Source of the DNA: an uncultured Bacteroides sp.
GTDB taxonomy: Bacteria; Bacteroidota; Bacteroidia; Bacteroidales; GCA-2748055
Reading direction: 5' to 3'
Length of the DNA: 64,000 nucleotides
NCBI GenBank assembly: GCA_964575865.1
Contig: CAZNSZ010000010.1
Location: 5,276 to 69,275, forward strand
Part shown: positions 17,772-27,057 of the stretch, in pieces
Layout of the letters: each line of letters begins with the position of its first letter
How positions within the stretch are numbered: position 1 is the first letter of the stretch
Position numbers and translations under genes: made by a program
Notes under the pieces: generated by a model
What the model saw: only the letters and a program-made list of their open reading frames with translations
Databases searched by the model: none
Told to the model about the DNA's origin: nothing

Positions 17772-19055
17772 TTATTGTTGCGTCCTCCGGGTTCCACGCT
17801 CCTGCCGGCTCTCATCTTCCCGGTCTGTCCGGGTGTTTCCCCGGTCACCGCCTGCTGCTTCTCCGGGGCCGCCATGCCCGGGGCTTCCCTGCCGGGCCTG
17901 TCCCATCTGCGGGTTGGTGGCCTGATCGGTGTCGGTGATGACCAGGGTTCCCTCCGATACATTGATCAGCTGCTGGACCACCAGGGTATCCCCTTCCTCC
18001 AGTCCGTTAAAGTAGAGGGTCCGTTCATTTTCCTTAACGATATTGATGCTGGCTTTGGCCAGTCTGCCCGATTTCACCAGGAACACCTCATCGAAATTGA
18101 ACACGGCATTTCTGGGGATCTCCATGACGTTTTCAATGGGGCGGACCGGGAAGGTGGCCACCAGCCACTCCCCGGCCAGGTGGGCCTGGCTGCCTCCGTT
18201 GTCCAGGTGGATGAAGACCGGTTGCCGCTGGGTGTTCTCGTCCACGAACCTGCTTTTCCGGATGACGTGTCCCTGCCAGTGGGAAGCCCCGTCCCTGGAG
18301 CTCACCGAGACCGGGTCACCGATCCGGACCCAGGCGGCGTCGGATGTCTTGAGGGGGATCTCCAGCTCCAGCTGGTCTGTACGGATGGCGCGTGCAACGC
18401 GTCCCCCGGCGTTGGCGTAGGCGCCCACCTCCATGTACACATCCAGGAAGGTCCCGTCAAAGGGTGCGGTCACGGTCCTCCGCTGCAGCGATAATTCATC
18501 CCGCTGGATGTTGTAGTATTCGCTGATCACATTGCGGCTGGCCAGGAAAATCTTCAGCTGGTCGTTGCTGATCTCCGGAAGGGGGGGCAATGGCCTCTCC
18601 ACCGAGATGGAGGAAAAAAAACGGCGGTATCCCTCTTCGTATTCCGGGTAGTCGATGGCCAGGTCCGGAAGGATCCCGGCCAGGGTATTCTGGTACTGGC
18701 TTTTACGCGCTTTCAGGGAGAGGATGGCTTCATCGGGGTATACCCGGAACAGCACATCCCCTTTCGAGAACCCGGCCCCTTTTTTCAGGGGAACCTGTCC
18801 CGGTTCGATTTTCCCGGCAGCCTCCGAAATAATATCCACCTGGGCCACGGAACTCAGGCGACCCCCTTCAACCACCGCTGCGGGGATGTTATCATACTGC
18901 ACCTGTTCGATGCGCACGAAGCGCCTGGCTTCAATGCTCTGGCGCATGGGGGGGGCAGGCCGCTGGGCCGCCAGGAACCGCATGATCCCGTATGCCACCA
19001 CGACAATGATCAGTGCGCTCAGGACGATGACGATTCTTCTGTCAATTTTTCTCAT
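17772..19055 (-). CDS. RND efflux periplasmic adaptor (HlyD/MFP family) with disordered R/G/E-rich C-terminal tail
   Basis: N-terminal TM anchor with barrel-sandwich/lipoyl-like blocks. Located 12 nt upstream of the RND pump gene. Confidence 0.85.
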   Translation of the reverse strand: MRKIDRRIVIVLSALIIVVVAYGIMRFLAAQRPAPPMRQSIEARRFVRIEQVQYDNIPAAVVEGGRLSSVAQVDIISEAAGKIEPGQVPLKKGAGFSKGDVLFRVYPDEAILSLKARKSQYQNTLAGILPDLAIDYPEYEEGYRRFFSSISVERPLPPLPEISNDQLKIFLASRNVISEYYNIQRDELSLQRRTVTAPFDGTFLDVYMEVGAYANAGGRVARAIRTDQLELEIPLKTSDAAWVRIGDPVSVSSRDGASHWQGHVIRKSRFVDENTQRQPVFIHLDNGGSQAHLAGEWLVATFPVRPIENVMEIPRNAVFNFDEVFLVKSGRLAKASINIVKENERTLYFNGLEEGDTLVVQQLINVSEGTLVITDTDQATNPQMGQARQGSPGHGGPGEAAGGDRGNTRTDREDESRQERGTRRTQQ

Positions 19056-19086
19056 GGTTGGACCTCTCTCTAAAAAAAACCGGGTG

Positions 19087-19094
19087 CAAAGATA
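19087..19094 (-). promoter_or_regulatory. -7 box TATCTTTG for the RND operon
   Basis: CAAAGATA on the + strand, 31 nt upstream of the adaptor start at 19055. Confidence 0.45.
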
Positions 19095-19167
19095 GTCCTT
19101 TAGACAACACCCTGATGAAAAGGTTTAACCCGCATGGAAATGGCGGTTCTGTTTGTTACATTTGGGG

Positions 19168-19659
19168 ATGGAGATCCGAGTGGCCAGCAGTTCCGATCTT
19201 TCGGCCATCAATGACATATATAACCAGGCGGTGGCGGACCGGTACTGTACGGCCCACCTGGAACCGGTCCCGCTCAGTGAGCGCCGGGAGTGGTTCGATC
19301 AGCATGATCCGGAGAGATTTCCCGTCTTTGTGGCGGAGCTGCATGGCAGGATAGCCGGTTGGGGTTCCCTCTCCCCCTACCGGAAAGGGCGTCAGGCACT
19401 GGTCCATGTGGCCGAGGTAAGCTATTATGTGGAGAGGGAACTCCGGCGAATGGGGGTGGGCAGGAGCCTCCTTGAGCATGCCATTTCGGAAGCGCCGCGG
19501 TACGGATTCACGGTGCTGATGGCCCTGCTGCTGGACCGGAACGAGGCCAGCATTGCATTGCTCACCGGGTACGGATTTGCCGAATGGGGCCGGATGCCTG
19601 GGATTGCTGCGATCGGTGAAGAGGTTGCCGACCACCTCTATTTCGGACGCAGGCTCTGA
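19168..19659 (+). CDS. GNAT N-acetyltransferase (phosphinothricin-acetyltransferase-like)
   Basis: The ATG at 19168 gives MEIRVASSSDLSAINDIYNQAV..., a PAT-family N-terminus. The acetyl-CoA motif is RRMGVGRSLL. The track start at 19153 is a TTG. Confidence 0.8.
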   Translation: MEIRVASSSDLSAINDIYNQAVADRYCTAHLEPVPLSERREWFDQHDPERFPVFVAELHGRIAGWGSLSPYRKGRQALVHVAEVSYYVERELRRMGVGRSLLEHAISEAPRYGFTVLMALLLDRNEASIALLTGYGFAEWGRMPGIAAIGEEVADHLYFGRRL

Positions 19660-19678
19660 GCGTGCAGCCTGGGACCGG

Positions 19679-20962
19679 TCAAACGGGAACTGCCTCCATC
19701 ACAGGATGGTTCCCCTGAACCACTTTCTGCAGCACCACATCACAGAAACGGTTGGTGGCGGCCGAACCGGTCCGGAAGGTCACCGGAAGGTAGTGCTCCC
19801 CGTAACCCCGGGCGATCCCCTGTGCATCCACCTTCTCGATGAGGACGCGCTGTGGCCTTCCGGTCATCGATGCCATGTAGCGGATCCTGTTCTCTTCCGA
19901 GATCTGGCGAATGGTCTCGCTTCGGGCCTCCTTGGTTTTCTCAGGTACCTGGCCCTCCATCCTGTCGGCCCGTGTTCCCTTTCTCCGGGAATACCTGAAG
20001 GTATGCACATGTGTAAATGCGGCTTCCCGGACCAGCCTTTCCGTTTGAAGGAAATCATTTTCCGTTTCACCGGGAAAACCCACGATCACATCGGTGGTAA
20101 AATTAAAAAAGGGAAATTCACGGCGGAAGGCCTCCAGGATATCCATGAAGGAACGCGTGGTATACATGCGTCTCATCTTCAACAGAACCGCGTCGGATCC
20201 GCTCTGCAGGCAAAGGTGGAGGTGGGGAGCCATTTTTGGATGGTGGAACAGCCGGTGAAACTCCGGTCCGAATCCGTCAGGTTCCAGGGAGGAAATCCGT
20301 ACCCTGAAATCACCCGGAAGCTCCAGGATCCGTTCAATGACCTGCCCGATGCCGTGTTGCCCGTCATGGTATCTTCCGATGTTCACCCCGGTGATGACGA
20401 TCTCCCTGAAGCCGTTGTCCACCACCCTGCGTACGTTGTCCAGGATCTGAGGGAGGGGACGGCTGACGGCCCTTCCCCGCACGGAGGGAACGATGCAGTA
20501 AGTGCAGAAATTATCGCATCCGTCCTGAACCTTCACCGAGGTACGGGTATGAAGGCTCTGATCCACCGTTTCAAATCCGAATACATCACCCTGCAGGGTA
20601 TCGGGATGGACCACCTCCCCCTTGAGGTGGGCATCGACAAGGCCGACAATCTGGCTTTTCCGTTCGTTGTCCACCACGTAGGTGATCCGTTCGTTCCTTT
20701 CCAGTTTCTCCCTGTGGTGGTTGGCCATGCAACCCGTGACAACGACAATACCCCCGGGCGTCGCACGCACCGCCTGGTTAATGGTGTTCCTTGATTTCTG
20801 GTCACTCTGGTTGGTGACCGTACAGGTGTTGACAACCGCAATATCTGCTTCACCGTCACCATCCACCACCCGGTACCCCGCCTGGTGGAACTGGGTGACC
20901 AGCGCATCGGTCTCATACTGGTTTAACCTGCATCCCAGCGTCTTGAATCTTACCCGCTTCAT
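19679..20962 (-). CDS. mtaB: tRNA (N6-threonylcarbamoyladenosine37-C2)-methylthiotransferase
   Basis: MTTase N-terminus FKTLGCRLNQYETDAL, radical-SAM motif CDNFCTYC and a C-terminal TRAM-like region. Confidence 0.9.
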   Translation of the reverse strand: MKRVRFKTLGCRLNQYETDALVTQFHQAGYRVVDGDGEADIAVVNTCTVTNQSDQKSRNTINQAVRATPGGIVVVTGCMANHHREKLERNERITYVVDNERKSQIVGLVDAHLKGEVVHPDTLQGDVFGFETVDQSLHTRTSVKVQDGCDNFCTYCIVPSVRGRAVSRPLPQILDNVRRVVDNGFREIVITGVNIGRYHDGQHGIGQVIERILELPGDFRVRISSLEPDGFGPEFHRLFHHPKMAPHLHLCLQSGSDAVLLKMRRMYTTRSFMDILEAFRREFPFFNFTTDVIVGFPGETENDFLQTERLVREAAFTHVHTFRYSRRKGTRADRMEGQVPEKTKEARSETIRQISEENRIRYMASMTGRPQRVLIEKVDAQGIARGYGEHYLPVTFRTGSAATNRFCDVVLQKVVQGNHPVMEAVPV

Positions 20963-20995
20963 CGCCGCAAAGTTAATGATTCCCGCGCAGTGCGG

Positions 20996-21658
20996 TCAAA
21001 AATAAACTTCAGTGTAAATGTGCCGCTGCGGGACTCCCCGCCGGTGGAGGATCTCCATGGCCTCGTAGATCATCTGGCTGTTTCCGCAAAGGTATACCCG
21101 GTCGTCTTCCCCGAGAGGGAACCGGGCCAGGTAACTGGTGAGTCTCCCGTGAAAATCGCCCGAGGCATCGCGGGAAGTACAAACCGTTATCCGTTCCCTG
21201 GGGAAATCTGCCACATCGTATGCTTCCTCAATGGACCTTACCCCGTGGATGATGTGGAAGTCGGAGCGGGGATGGGTTTTCACAAAACTGTGGAAGGGCG
21301 CGATGCCGGTCCCGCTGGCAATCATGACCAGGCGGCCTTTCCTGATTTCAGCTGCCCGGTCCATGAAAAAGCCGTAGGGCCCCTTGACTTCGAGGGCGTC
21401 CCCCGGACCGATCGATTTCAGCACCTTACTGACACTTCCCTCGTCCACCTCCTTGATGAGCACTTCCAGATAGGGCTCGTCACTTCCGCTGTAAATGCTA
21501 TATTCCCTGAGCTCCCCGGATCCCGGCAATCCAAGGACCAGGTGCTGGCCCGGATTGAACGCCATGTCGTTTCTGGAGAACCTCAGCACATAGGTAGAGG
21601 GGGTCAATGTCCTCACCCGTTCTGTCACAAATACCGATTTATCTACCTGTACGTTCAT
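20996..21658 (-). CDS. ferredoxin-NADP(+) reductase-like FAD/NAD(P)-binding oxidoreductase
   Basis: REYSIYS (RxYS FAD motif) and GTGIAPF (NAD(P) motif). The start is uncertain: ATG at 21658 or GTG at 21688. Confidence 0.65.
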   Translation of the reverse strand: MNVQVDKSVFVTERVRTLTPSTYVLRFSRNDMAFNPGQHLVLGLPGSGELREYSIYSGSDEPYLEVLIKEVDEGSVSKVLKSIGPGDALEVKGPYGFFMDRAAEIRKGRLVMIASGTGIAPFHSFVKTHPRSDFHIIHGVRSIEEAYDVADFPRERITVCTSRDASGDFHGRLTSYLARFPLGEDDRVYLCGNSQMIYEAMEILHRRGVPQRHIYTEVYF

Positions 21659-21810
21659 TGCCTGTTCCGCCCGATCATTGATTGTCACTTCGTGGGGCGC
21701 TTCATTACAACAAAGAAAATGGGGTTTTGTGCTGGCAGGCCCGGATATTTCTGCATATATTACCGGTCAGAACGCCTGTCATGGTTCTGGCATAAAGATA
21801 TTTACCACCT

Positions 21811-23268
21811 ATGAGAACTCCTGTTGTCTGCGGAATCATATTCCTGATCCTGCTCCCCGCAGCGTGCGGTACCGCGCAGGGAGATGCGGCCACGGACCGG
21901 CCCGCTCCCAACATCATTTACATCCTGGCCGATGACCTGGGTTACGGGGACCTGGGCTGCTACGGGCAACAAAAATTCACCACCCCCCATATCGACCGGA
22001 TGGCACGGGAAGGCATCCGCTTCACCAGGCACTATTCGGGAAGCACCGTTTGTGCCCCGTCCCGTTCTGTGCTGATGACCGGATTTCACACCGGTCATAC
22101 CCCTGTAAGGGGCAACCGGGAGGTTCAGCCTGAAGGACAGTTTCCCCTTCCGGCATCATCGGTGACGGTGGCCGAAATGCTGAGGGAGAGGGACTATGTG
22201 ACCGGGGCGTTCGGTAAGTGGGGTCTGGGATTTCCCGGATCGGAGGGAGATCCGCTGCACCAGGGCTTTGACCGGTTTTTCGGGTACAACTGTCAGCGTT
22301 ACGCACACAGGTATTATCCGGCATACCTCTGGGACGACAGCAGGCAGTACGTGCTTGAAGGAAACAACTGGACCCGCACCTCCCTGTATGCGCCGGATGT
22401 GATCCAGGAAAAGACCCTGGCCTTTATCAGGGAGCACCGGGACCATCCTTTTTTTGTGTTTGTCCCCGTAATCCTTCCCCACGCGGAACTCCTCGTTCCC
22501 CGTGACACCATATTTCAAAGATACCTGGGAGACTTTCCCGAGGAACCCTACCGTGGTGGTCCCGGTGCGGAGTATGGCCCGGAAATGGTGATCGGAAGGT
22601 ACTGCAGCCAGGAGGCTCCCCGGGCCACCTTCGCAGCAATGGTCACGCGGCTCGACCTGTACGTGGGAGAGATCATCCGCACCCTGGAAGAGCTGGGGAT
22701 CGCAGAAAATACACTGGTCATATTTACCAGCGATAACGGTCCCCACCGCGAAGGGGGAGCCGATCCGGAGTTCTTCGGGAGCAGCGGCGGATTGAGGGGG
22801 ATCAAACGGGATCTGTACGAGGGGGGGATCAGGGTCCCCATGATCGCCTGGTGGCCCGGAACCATCGCTCCGGGCAGGATATCGGACCATGTCTCGGCAT
22901 TCTGGGATGTGTTCCCCACCCTGGCCGAACTGGCAGGCGCTGATCCGGGTGATACGGACGGGATCTCTTTTTTACCGGAACTGCTGGGCAACGAACAGGC
23001 AGCGCACCCGTTTCTGTACTGGGAGTTTCACGAACAGGGAGGCAAGCAGGCCCTGCTGCTGGGTGACTGGAAGGCCATACGGCTGGGGGTGGGGACAGGG
23101 GACGGGACCACCCTTGAACTTTATCACCTGAAAGATGATCCAGGAGAGAACAGGGACCTTGCAGCAAAATATCCTGAAAGGGCGGAGGAGATGCTTGAGA
23201 TCATGCAGGGGCAGCATCAACCCTCCGGGGTATTCCGTTTCGGCAGGGAGGTGGTTCAGGGGGAATGA
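21811..23268 (+). CDS. arylsulfatase (formylglycine-dependent sulfatase family)
   Basis: Signal peptide, the CAPSRSVLMTG (C-x-P-x-R) formylglycine motif, and an N-terminal NIIYILADDLGYGDLG metal-binding block. Confidence 0.9.
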   Translation: MRTPVVCGIIFLILLPAACGTAQGDAATDRPAPNIIYILADDLGYGDLGCYGQQKFTTPHIDRMAREGIRFTRHYSGSTVCAPSRSVLMTGFHTGHTPVRGNREVQPEGQFPLPASSVTVAEMLRERDYVTGAFGKWGLGFPGSEGDPLHQGFDRFFGYNCQRYAHRYYPAYLWDDSRQYVLEGNNWTRTSLYAPDVIQEKTLAFIREHRDHPFFVFVPVILPHAELLVPRDTIFQRYLGDFPEEPYRGGPGAEYGPEMVIGRYCSQEAPRATFAAMVTRLDLYVGEIIRTLEELGIAENTLVIFTSDNGPHREGGADPEFFGSSGGLRGIKRDLYEGGIRVPMIAWWPGTIAPGRISDHVSAFWDVFPTLAELAGADPGDTDGISFLPELLGNEQAAHPFLYWEFHEQGGKQALLLGDWKAIRLGVGTGDGTTLELYHLKDDPGENRDLAAKYPERAEEMLEIMQGQHQPSGVFRFGREVVQGE

Positions 23269-23286
23269 GTAGCAGCAATTGCGTGG

Positions 23287-23985
23287 TCACTCTGTCTGAA
23301 AGGGCTGTTTTCTGAACGCGCAGTTTTTCATGGGGCACAGGCTGCATCCTCCGGAATCGGTGCTGACGCCGGGACCAATGCCGGTGATCCCGCTGACCGA
23401 TTTGATGGGGGACATCAAACCGGAATCCGAAAGGGTGATGCCGCACCAGTCAGGGGGCAGCAGACCGAACAACAGGTGCTGCTCCGCCACTTCCCATGAG
23501 CAATATCCCGGGCTGAAATGAGCGGTCACCTTCATGCCGCGGGAAGCGGCGAGCTCCCTGATCTGCTGGTGAACCCTTTCAACCAGCGATTCCACCAGCC
23601 CGGAGCCGATCAGGTCCACCAGGTAGCCCTCCAGGAAGTTCCCTTCCCTGATCAGTTCCCTGGCCAGGCTTTCGGGCCCCGGTCCCAGGGTAACGGCGAA
23701 AAGAGCGAATTCCCTGGATCGTTTCAGCCGTCCCGCGATGGTCTTCCCCACATGGAACCGGGTGGTCCCCAGCATGAGGTGGGCTGAAGAAGGAAAGGTT
23801 CCGCTCCCGAACCAGGCAATACCGCCCCGGGGATCGCTCAGCTCCCGGCAGCGGTCCAGGTACAGGTCCACCAGCCCGCGGGTGTGGCTGTCCGGCGGGG
23901 ACGGGTCCTGGCCCAGCAAAGCCAGGACCTCTCCGGGCTCCACTTTCAGTTCCTCCCTGCCAACGGTGATCTTCTTCAGCTCCAT
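23287..23985 (-). CDS. stand-alone methionine-synthase (MetH) reactivation/activation-domain-like protein
   Basis: FSPGYCSWEVAEQ and GLMSPIKSVSGITGIGP blocks match those of vitamin-B12-dependent methionine synthase activation-region proteins. It has a Cys-rich tail, CSLCPMKNC. Confidence 0.65.
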   Translation of the reverse strand: MELKKITVGREELKVEPGEVLALLGQDPSPPDSHTRGLVDLYLDRCRELSDPRGGIAWFGSGTFPSSAHLMLGTTRFHVGKTIAGRLKRSREFALFAVTLGPGPESLARELIREGNFLEGYLVDLIGSGLVESLVERVHQQIRELAASRGMKVTAHFSPGYCSWEVAEQHLLFGLLPPDWCGITLSDSGLMSPIKSVSGITGIGPGVSTDSGGCSLCPMKNCAFRKQPFQTE

Positions 23986-24058
23986 GCCGAAAGATAGCCC
24001 ACTTTGTTAAAAAAATCATAAAAAGATGTCAGGCGGAACAAAGGCTCCTCTCCGGGCT

Positions 24059-24066
24059 TATTTTTG
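24059..24066 (+). promoter_or_regulatory. -7 box TATTTTTG for the DUF4395 gene
   Basis: Exact TAnnTTTG match 22 nt upstream of the ATG at 24089. This supports that start over the track start at 24026. Confidence 0.45.
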
Positions 24067-24088
24067 CGTGAAACATATTCAGGTATCC

Positions 24089-24538
24089 ATGCTCAGGTTC
24101 AAACAGATGATATGCCCTGTCTCAACGGAACGGGTCGATGAAAACAGGGTGCGGGCGACGGCCTTCGGGGTGGTGATCACCATGGGCCTCTTCCTCATGA
24201 CCGGGTTATGGATCTTCCCTGCTTTTCTGGGGATCGATTTCTTCATCAGGGCCTATACCTCCAGCCCCTTCAGTCCCCTGAGCTGGCTGGGCAGCCGGAT
24301 GGTACGTCTCCTGGGCGTTGTTCCTGTATGGATCGATAAAGCCCCCAAGGTTTTTGCCGCACGGATCGGATTTCTATTCTCGTTGCTTGCGCTGGCAGGG
24401 TCGCTCCTGGGGCTGGATTTGCTTGCATACATTTCAGGGGCAACCCTGGTGCTGTTCGCCTTTCTGGAGTGCGGGCTCAATTTCTGTATGGGCTGCTGGG
24501 TCTACACCTATGTGGTCTATCCCCTGGTGAGAAAGTAA
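24089..24538 (+). CDS. DUF4395-family membrane protein
   Basis: The CPVSTERVDENRVRATA N-terminus followed by four hydrophobic helices fits DUF4395. Confidence 0.65.
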   Translation: MLRFKQMICPVSTERVDENRVRATAFGVVITMGLFLMTGLWIFPAFLGIDFFIRAYTSSPFSPLSWLGSRMVRLLGVVPVWIDKAPKVFAARIGFLFSLLALAGSLLGLDLLAYISGATLVLFAFLECGLNFCMGCWVYTYVVYPLVRK

Positions 24539-24583
24539 CCAGGATCCGATTTTCCTTTCATCCGGTTTGTTTTATTGGTTTTC
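24537..24583 (+). terminator. candidate intrinsic terminator after the DUF4395 gene
   Basis: Imperfect stem AACCAGGAT / ATCCGGTT (one bulge) with a 14-nt loop, followed by the T-rich run TTTGTTTTATTGGTTTT. Confidence 0.35.
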
Positions 24584-24678
24584 AAGGAACTGTTCCCGGT
24601 TCCGTTACCACCATGTCATTCTGTCCGGTTTTTACAGGTGGCTTGATATTTGGACAACAGGACCTAAACGCGGATTGA

Positions 24679-26907
24679 ATGATCAATGTACAGCAGATCA
24701 AGGCACGGCACCAGCGGATCTGTTCGCTTGTCTCGGCGAGGCGGGTGAAAGATGCCCTGGATGTGCTGGGTGAGATGGTGGGCTCTTCAGGATACAGTGA
24801 TTTCTTTCTTCAGCACGAATACCTGGAACATACCTATGAACAGATGCTGAAGTATATGCTGGAAGGGATTCAGGACCCTGAACGGGACCAGGTCTACAGA
24901 AAGCTGCTGATCTCCATACTTGAACTGGCAGACAGGGTGAAGGACCTTCTGCTTGAAAAGCAGTCAGGGTGGCATACTTATATCCTGAAGGGGGAGGTGG
25001 ACCGGCAACAGGAGCTCACGGGGAAAAACGTCATTGAAACCATGGACGACCTTTCCTTCAAAAGGGAACTGGACGAGATCATTGATGAAGGGAAAACCTC
25101 CCCCGGGGCCAACGAAGAGCGGCGCAGGAAGCTCTCCATGGACATTTTCAGGCACCTGTGGCTGAGCAACCGTTACGACGAAGCTGAGAACAGCCTCTCT
25201 TCGGCCATCCTCACCTGCAGGGAATTCCTCTGGTACGAGAAAGCGCTCTTCGTCAGCGCCATCCTGCTTTCGGGATTGCGCTACTGGTCCGAGGAAAAGG
25301 TGCACAGGCTCATCGATTTTGCCGAAGAGGAGGAACAGGAGGTATCGGCAAGGGCCCTGGCGGCACTGGTGATCCTCCTTTACCGGTATGATGACCGGAT
25401 CGAGTTCTATCCCGGTCTCATTCAGAGGCTGAAACTGCTCAGGGAGGAACTCAAACTCGAACAGAGTTTTGAAAAAATTGCCCTGCAGCTCATCCGGACC
25501 AGGGATACCCTGGAAATTGGGAGGAAGCTGCAGGAGGACCTGATCCCCGAGATGGCCAAACTGAAACCCAAGCTGGAGGACAAGCTGAAGATGGATGATA
25601 TCCGGGAAGAGATGCTGAAGGAGGGAAGGAACCCGGACTGGGAATCGGTCTTCAGCGAAACAGATGACCTCTACAGGAAGGTGGATGAATTCATGAAGCT
25701 TCAGATGGAGGGGGCCGATGTGTACATGACCACTTTTGCACACCTGAAACAGTTCCCGTTCTTCCATGAGCTGACCAACTGGCTGGTCCCCTTCCATGCA
25801 GAAAATCCCGATCTGACCGAAGTGTACGGTGCACGCAGCGAGGTATTTGATCCGGAGATCTTCGTGGAGGGGCTGATCAAGACACCTTTCCTCTGCAACA
25901 GCGACAAGTACAGTTTCATATTCAATATCCGCTACCTTCCCGATGAGCAGAAAAAAATGCTCTCCAATGCGTTTCTGATGGAACTGGAGGGGATGCAGGA
26001 GATGCTTTCCGACGATAAACTCACTTCCGGGGACTTCACCAAGCGGACCGTTTTTATCCAGTACATCCAGGATCTCTACCGGTTTTTCAAAATCTCTCCC
26101 TTTAAGAATGAATTTGAGGATGTGTTTGCCGGTAAACTGGATCTTTCAAAAGCCTGGTTCGTCAGGGAGATCATCGAGGATGATTCGATCACCCGGAATA
26201 TTGCGGAGTACCTTTTCGAGAAAAGTCATTTTGACGAGGCCCTGGATATTTTCAACCTCCTCCTGGAAAAGGAGCCCGAGGACAGGGAGCTGCTGGAGAA
26301 GGCAGGCTACTGTTATCAGAAGGAAGGGGATTTCCGGCAGGCCATCCGGTGCTATAACAGGATCGGATTGACCGAGGAGCAGAACCTGTGGACACTGAAG
26401 AACCTGGGGATCTGCCACAGGAACCTGGGCGACTACGCTTCGGCACTGGAGGTGTACCGCAAGGCCTCCAAGCTGCAGCCCGACGACCAGACCATCGAAT
26501 CCCTCATCGGTTACTGCAACCTGAAGCTGGGAGCCTATGACACCGCCCTCCGGCATTATTTCAAGATCGAATACATGAATCCCGGCAACCAGCACATTGT
26601 GAGGCCCATTGCCTGGTGCTATTTTGCACAGGGGGAACTTGAAAAGGCAGAGACATACTTCAGGAAGGTGTTCCAGGGCAAACCCGGGTATTATGACTAT
26701 ATCAACTACGGCCATCTCCAGTGGGCCCTGGGAAACAAACAAAAGGCGGTGGAACTCTACATTCAGTCCTTGAGGGACGCTTCGTTCGAAATGGAGGACT
26801 TTCTGAAAACCATGGAGGAGGACAGGCCGTTGCTGGTCCGGAACGGCATCAGCAGGAAGGATATCCCGCTGATGCTCGATTATCTGCACTACCGGTTGAT
26901 GCAATAA
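24679..26907 (+). CDS. TPR-repeat protein (742 aa)
   Basis: The C-terminal third contains at least five 34-aa TPR-like units, for example LGICHRNLGDYASALEVYRKASKLQPDD. The N-terminal 450 aa are not recognised. Confidence 0.7.
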   Translation: MINVQQIKARHQRICSLVSARRVKDALDVLGEMVGSSGYSDFFLQHEYLEHTYEQMLKYMLEGIQDPERDQVYRKLLISILELADRVKDLLLEKQSGWHTYILKGEVDRQQELTGKNVIETMDDLSFKRELDEIIDEGKTSPGANEERRRKLSMDIFRHLWLSNRYDEAENSLSSAILTCREFLWYEKALFVSAILLSGLRYWSEEKVHRLIDFAEEEEQEVSARALAALVILLYRYDDRIEFYPGLIQRLKLLREELKLEQSFEKIALQLIRTRDTLEIGRKLQEDLIPEMAKLKPKLEDKLKMDDIREEMLKEGRNPDWESVFSETDDLYRKVDEFMKLQMEGADVYMTTFAHLKQFPFFHELTNWLVPFHAENPDLTEVYGARSEVFDPEIFVEGLIKTPFLCNSDKYSFIFNIRYLPDEQKKMLSNAFLMELEGMQEMLSDDKLTSGDFTKRTVFIQYIQDLYRFFKISPFKNEFEDVFAGKLDLSKAWFVREIIEDDSITRNIAEYLFEKSHFDEALDIFNLLLEKEPEDRELLEKAGYCYQKEGDFRQAIRCYNRIGLTEEQNLWTLKNLGICHRNLGDYASALEVYRKASKLQPDDQTIESLIGYCNLKLGAYDTALRHYFKIEYMNPGNQHIVRPIAWCYFAQGELEKAETYFRKVFQGKPGYYDYINYGHLQWALGNKQKAVELYIQSLRDASFEMEDFLKTMEEDRPLLVRNGISRKDIPLMLDYLHYRLMQ

Positions 26908-27057
26908 AAAAAGCGGTCCGATATTGAAGAAAAAAAGCCATGGAATTCAACCCGTCTCTATGAGAATGGAATGTAGTATCGAACCGCTTATATCTTGAAG
27001 TAAAAGAACGTCAGTCTTGTTATACAAATATAGGGGATTTAATCCAACCGAGCACTG

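Noticed and set aside
19157-19164. TACATTTG (a TAnnTTTG match) just upstream of the GNAT gene.
   Set aside because: It ends only 3 nt before the preferred ATG at 19168, which is too close to act as its -7 box unless the mRNA is leaderless and starts downstream. There is no other support.
19553-20794. 413-aa ORF antisense to mtaB. Comparable cases are 58739-59968 (antisense to the TPR gene), 42982-43800 (antisense to mnmH) and 36020-36814 (antisense to the anti-sigma gene).
   Set aside because: The opposite-strand genes are confidently identified. No family signatures, promoters or sensible starts support these ORFs.
26911-26989. Long-range 13-bp stem (AAGCGGTCCGATA / TATCGAACCGCTT, one mismatch) with a GGTTCGA-like T-loop string on the - strand, in the 150-nt gap between the TPR gene and deoC. 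Considered as a tRNA or sRNA.
   Set aside because: No cloverleaf can be drawn: there is no acceptor/D/anticodon arm arrangement and the enclosed ~53 nt lack tRNA invariants. It is most simply a weak bidirectional terminator-like structure between convergent genes.
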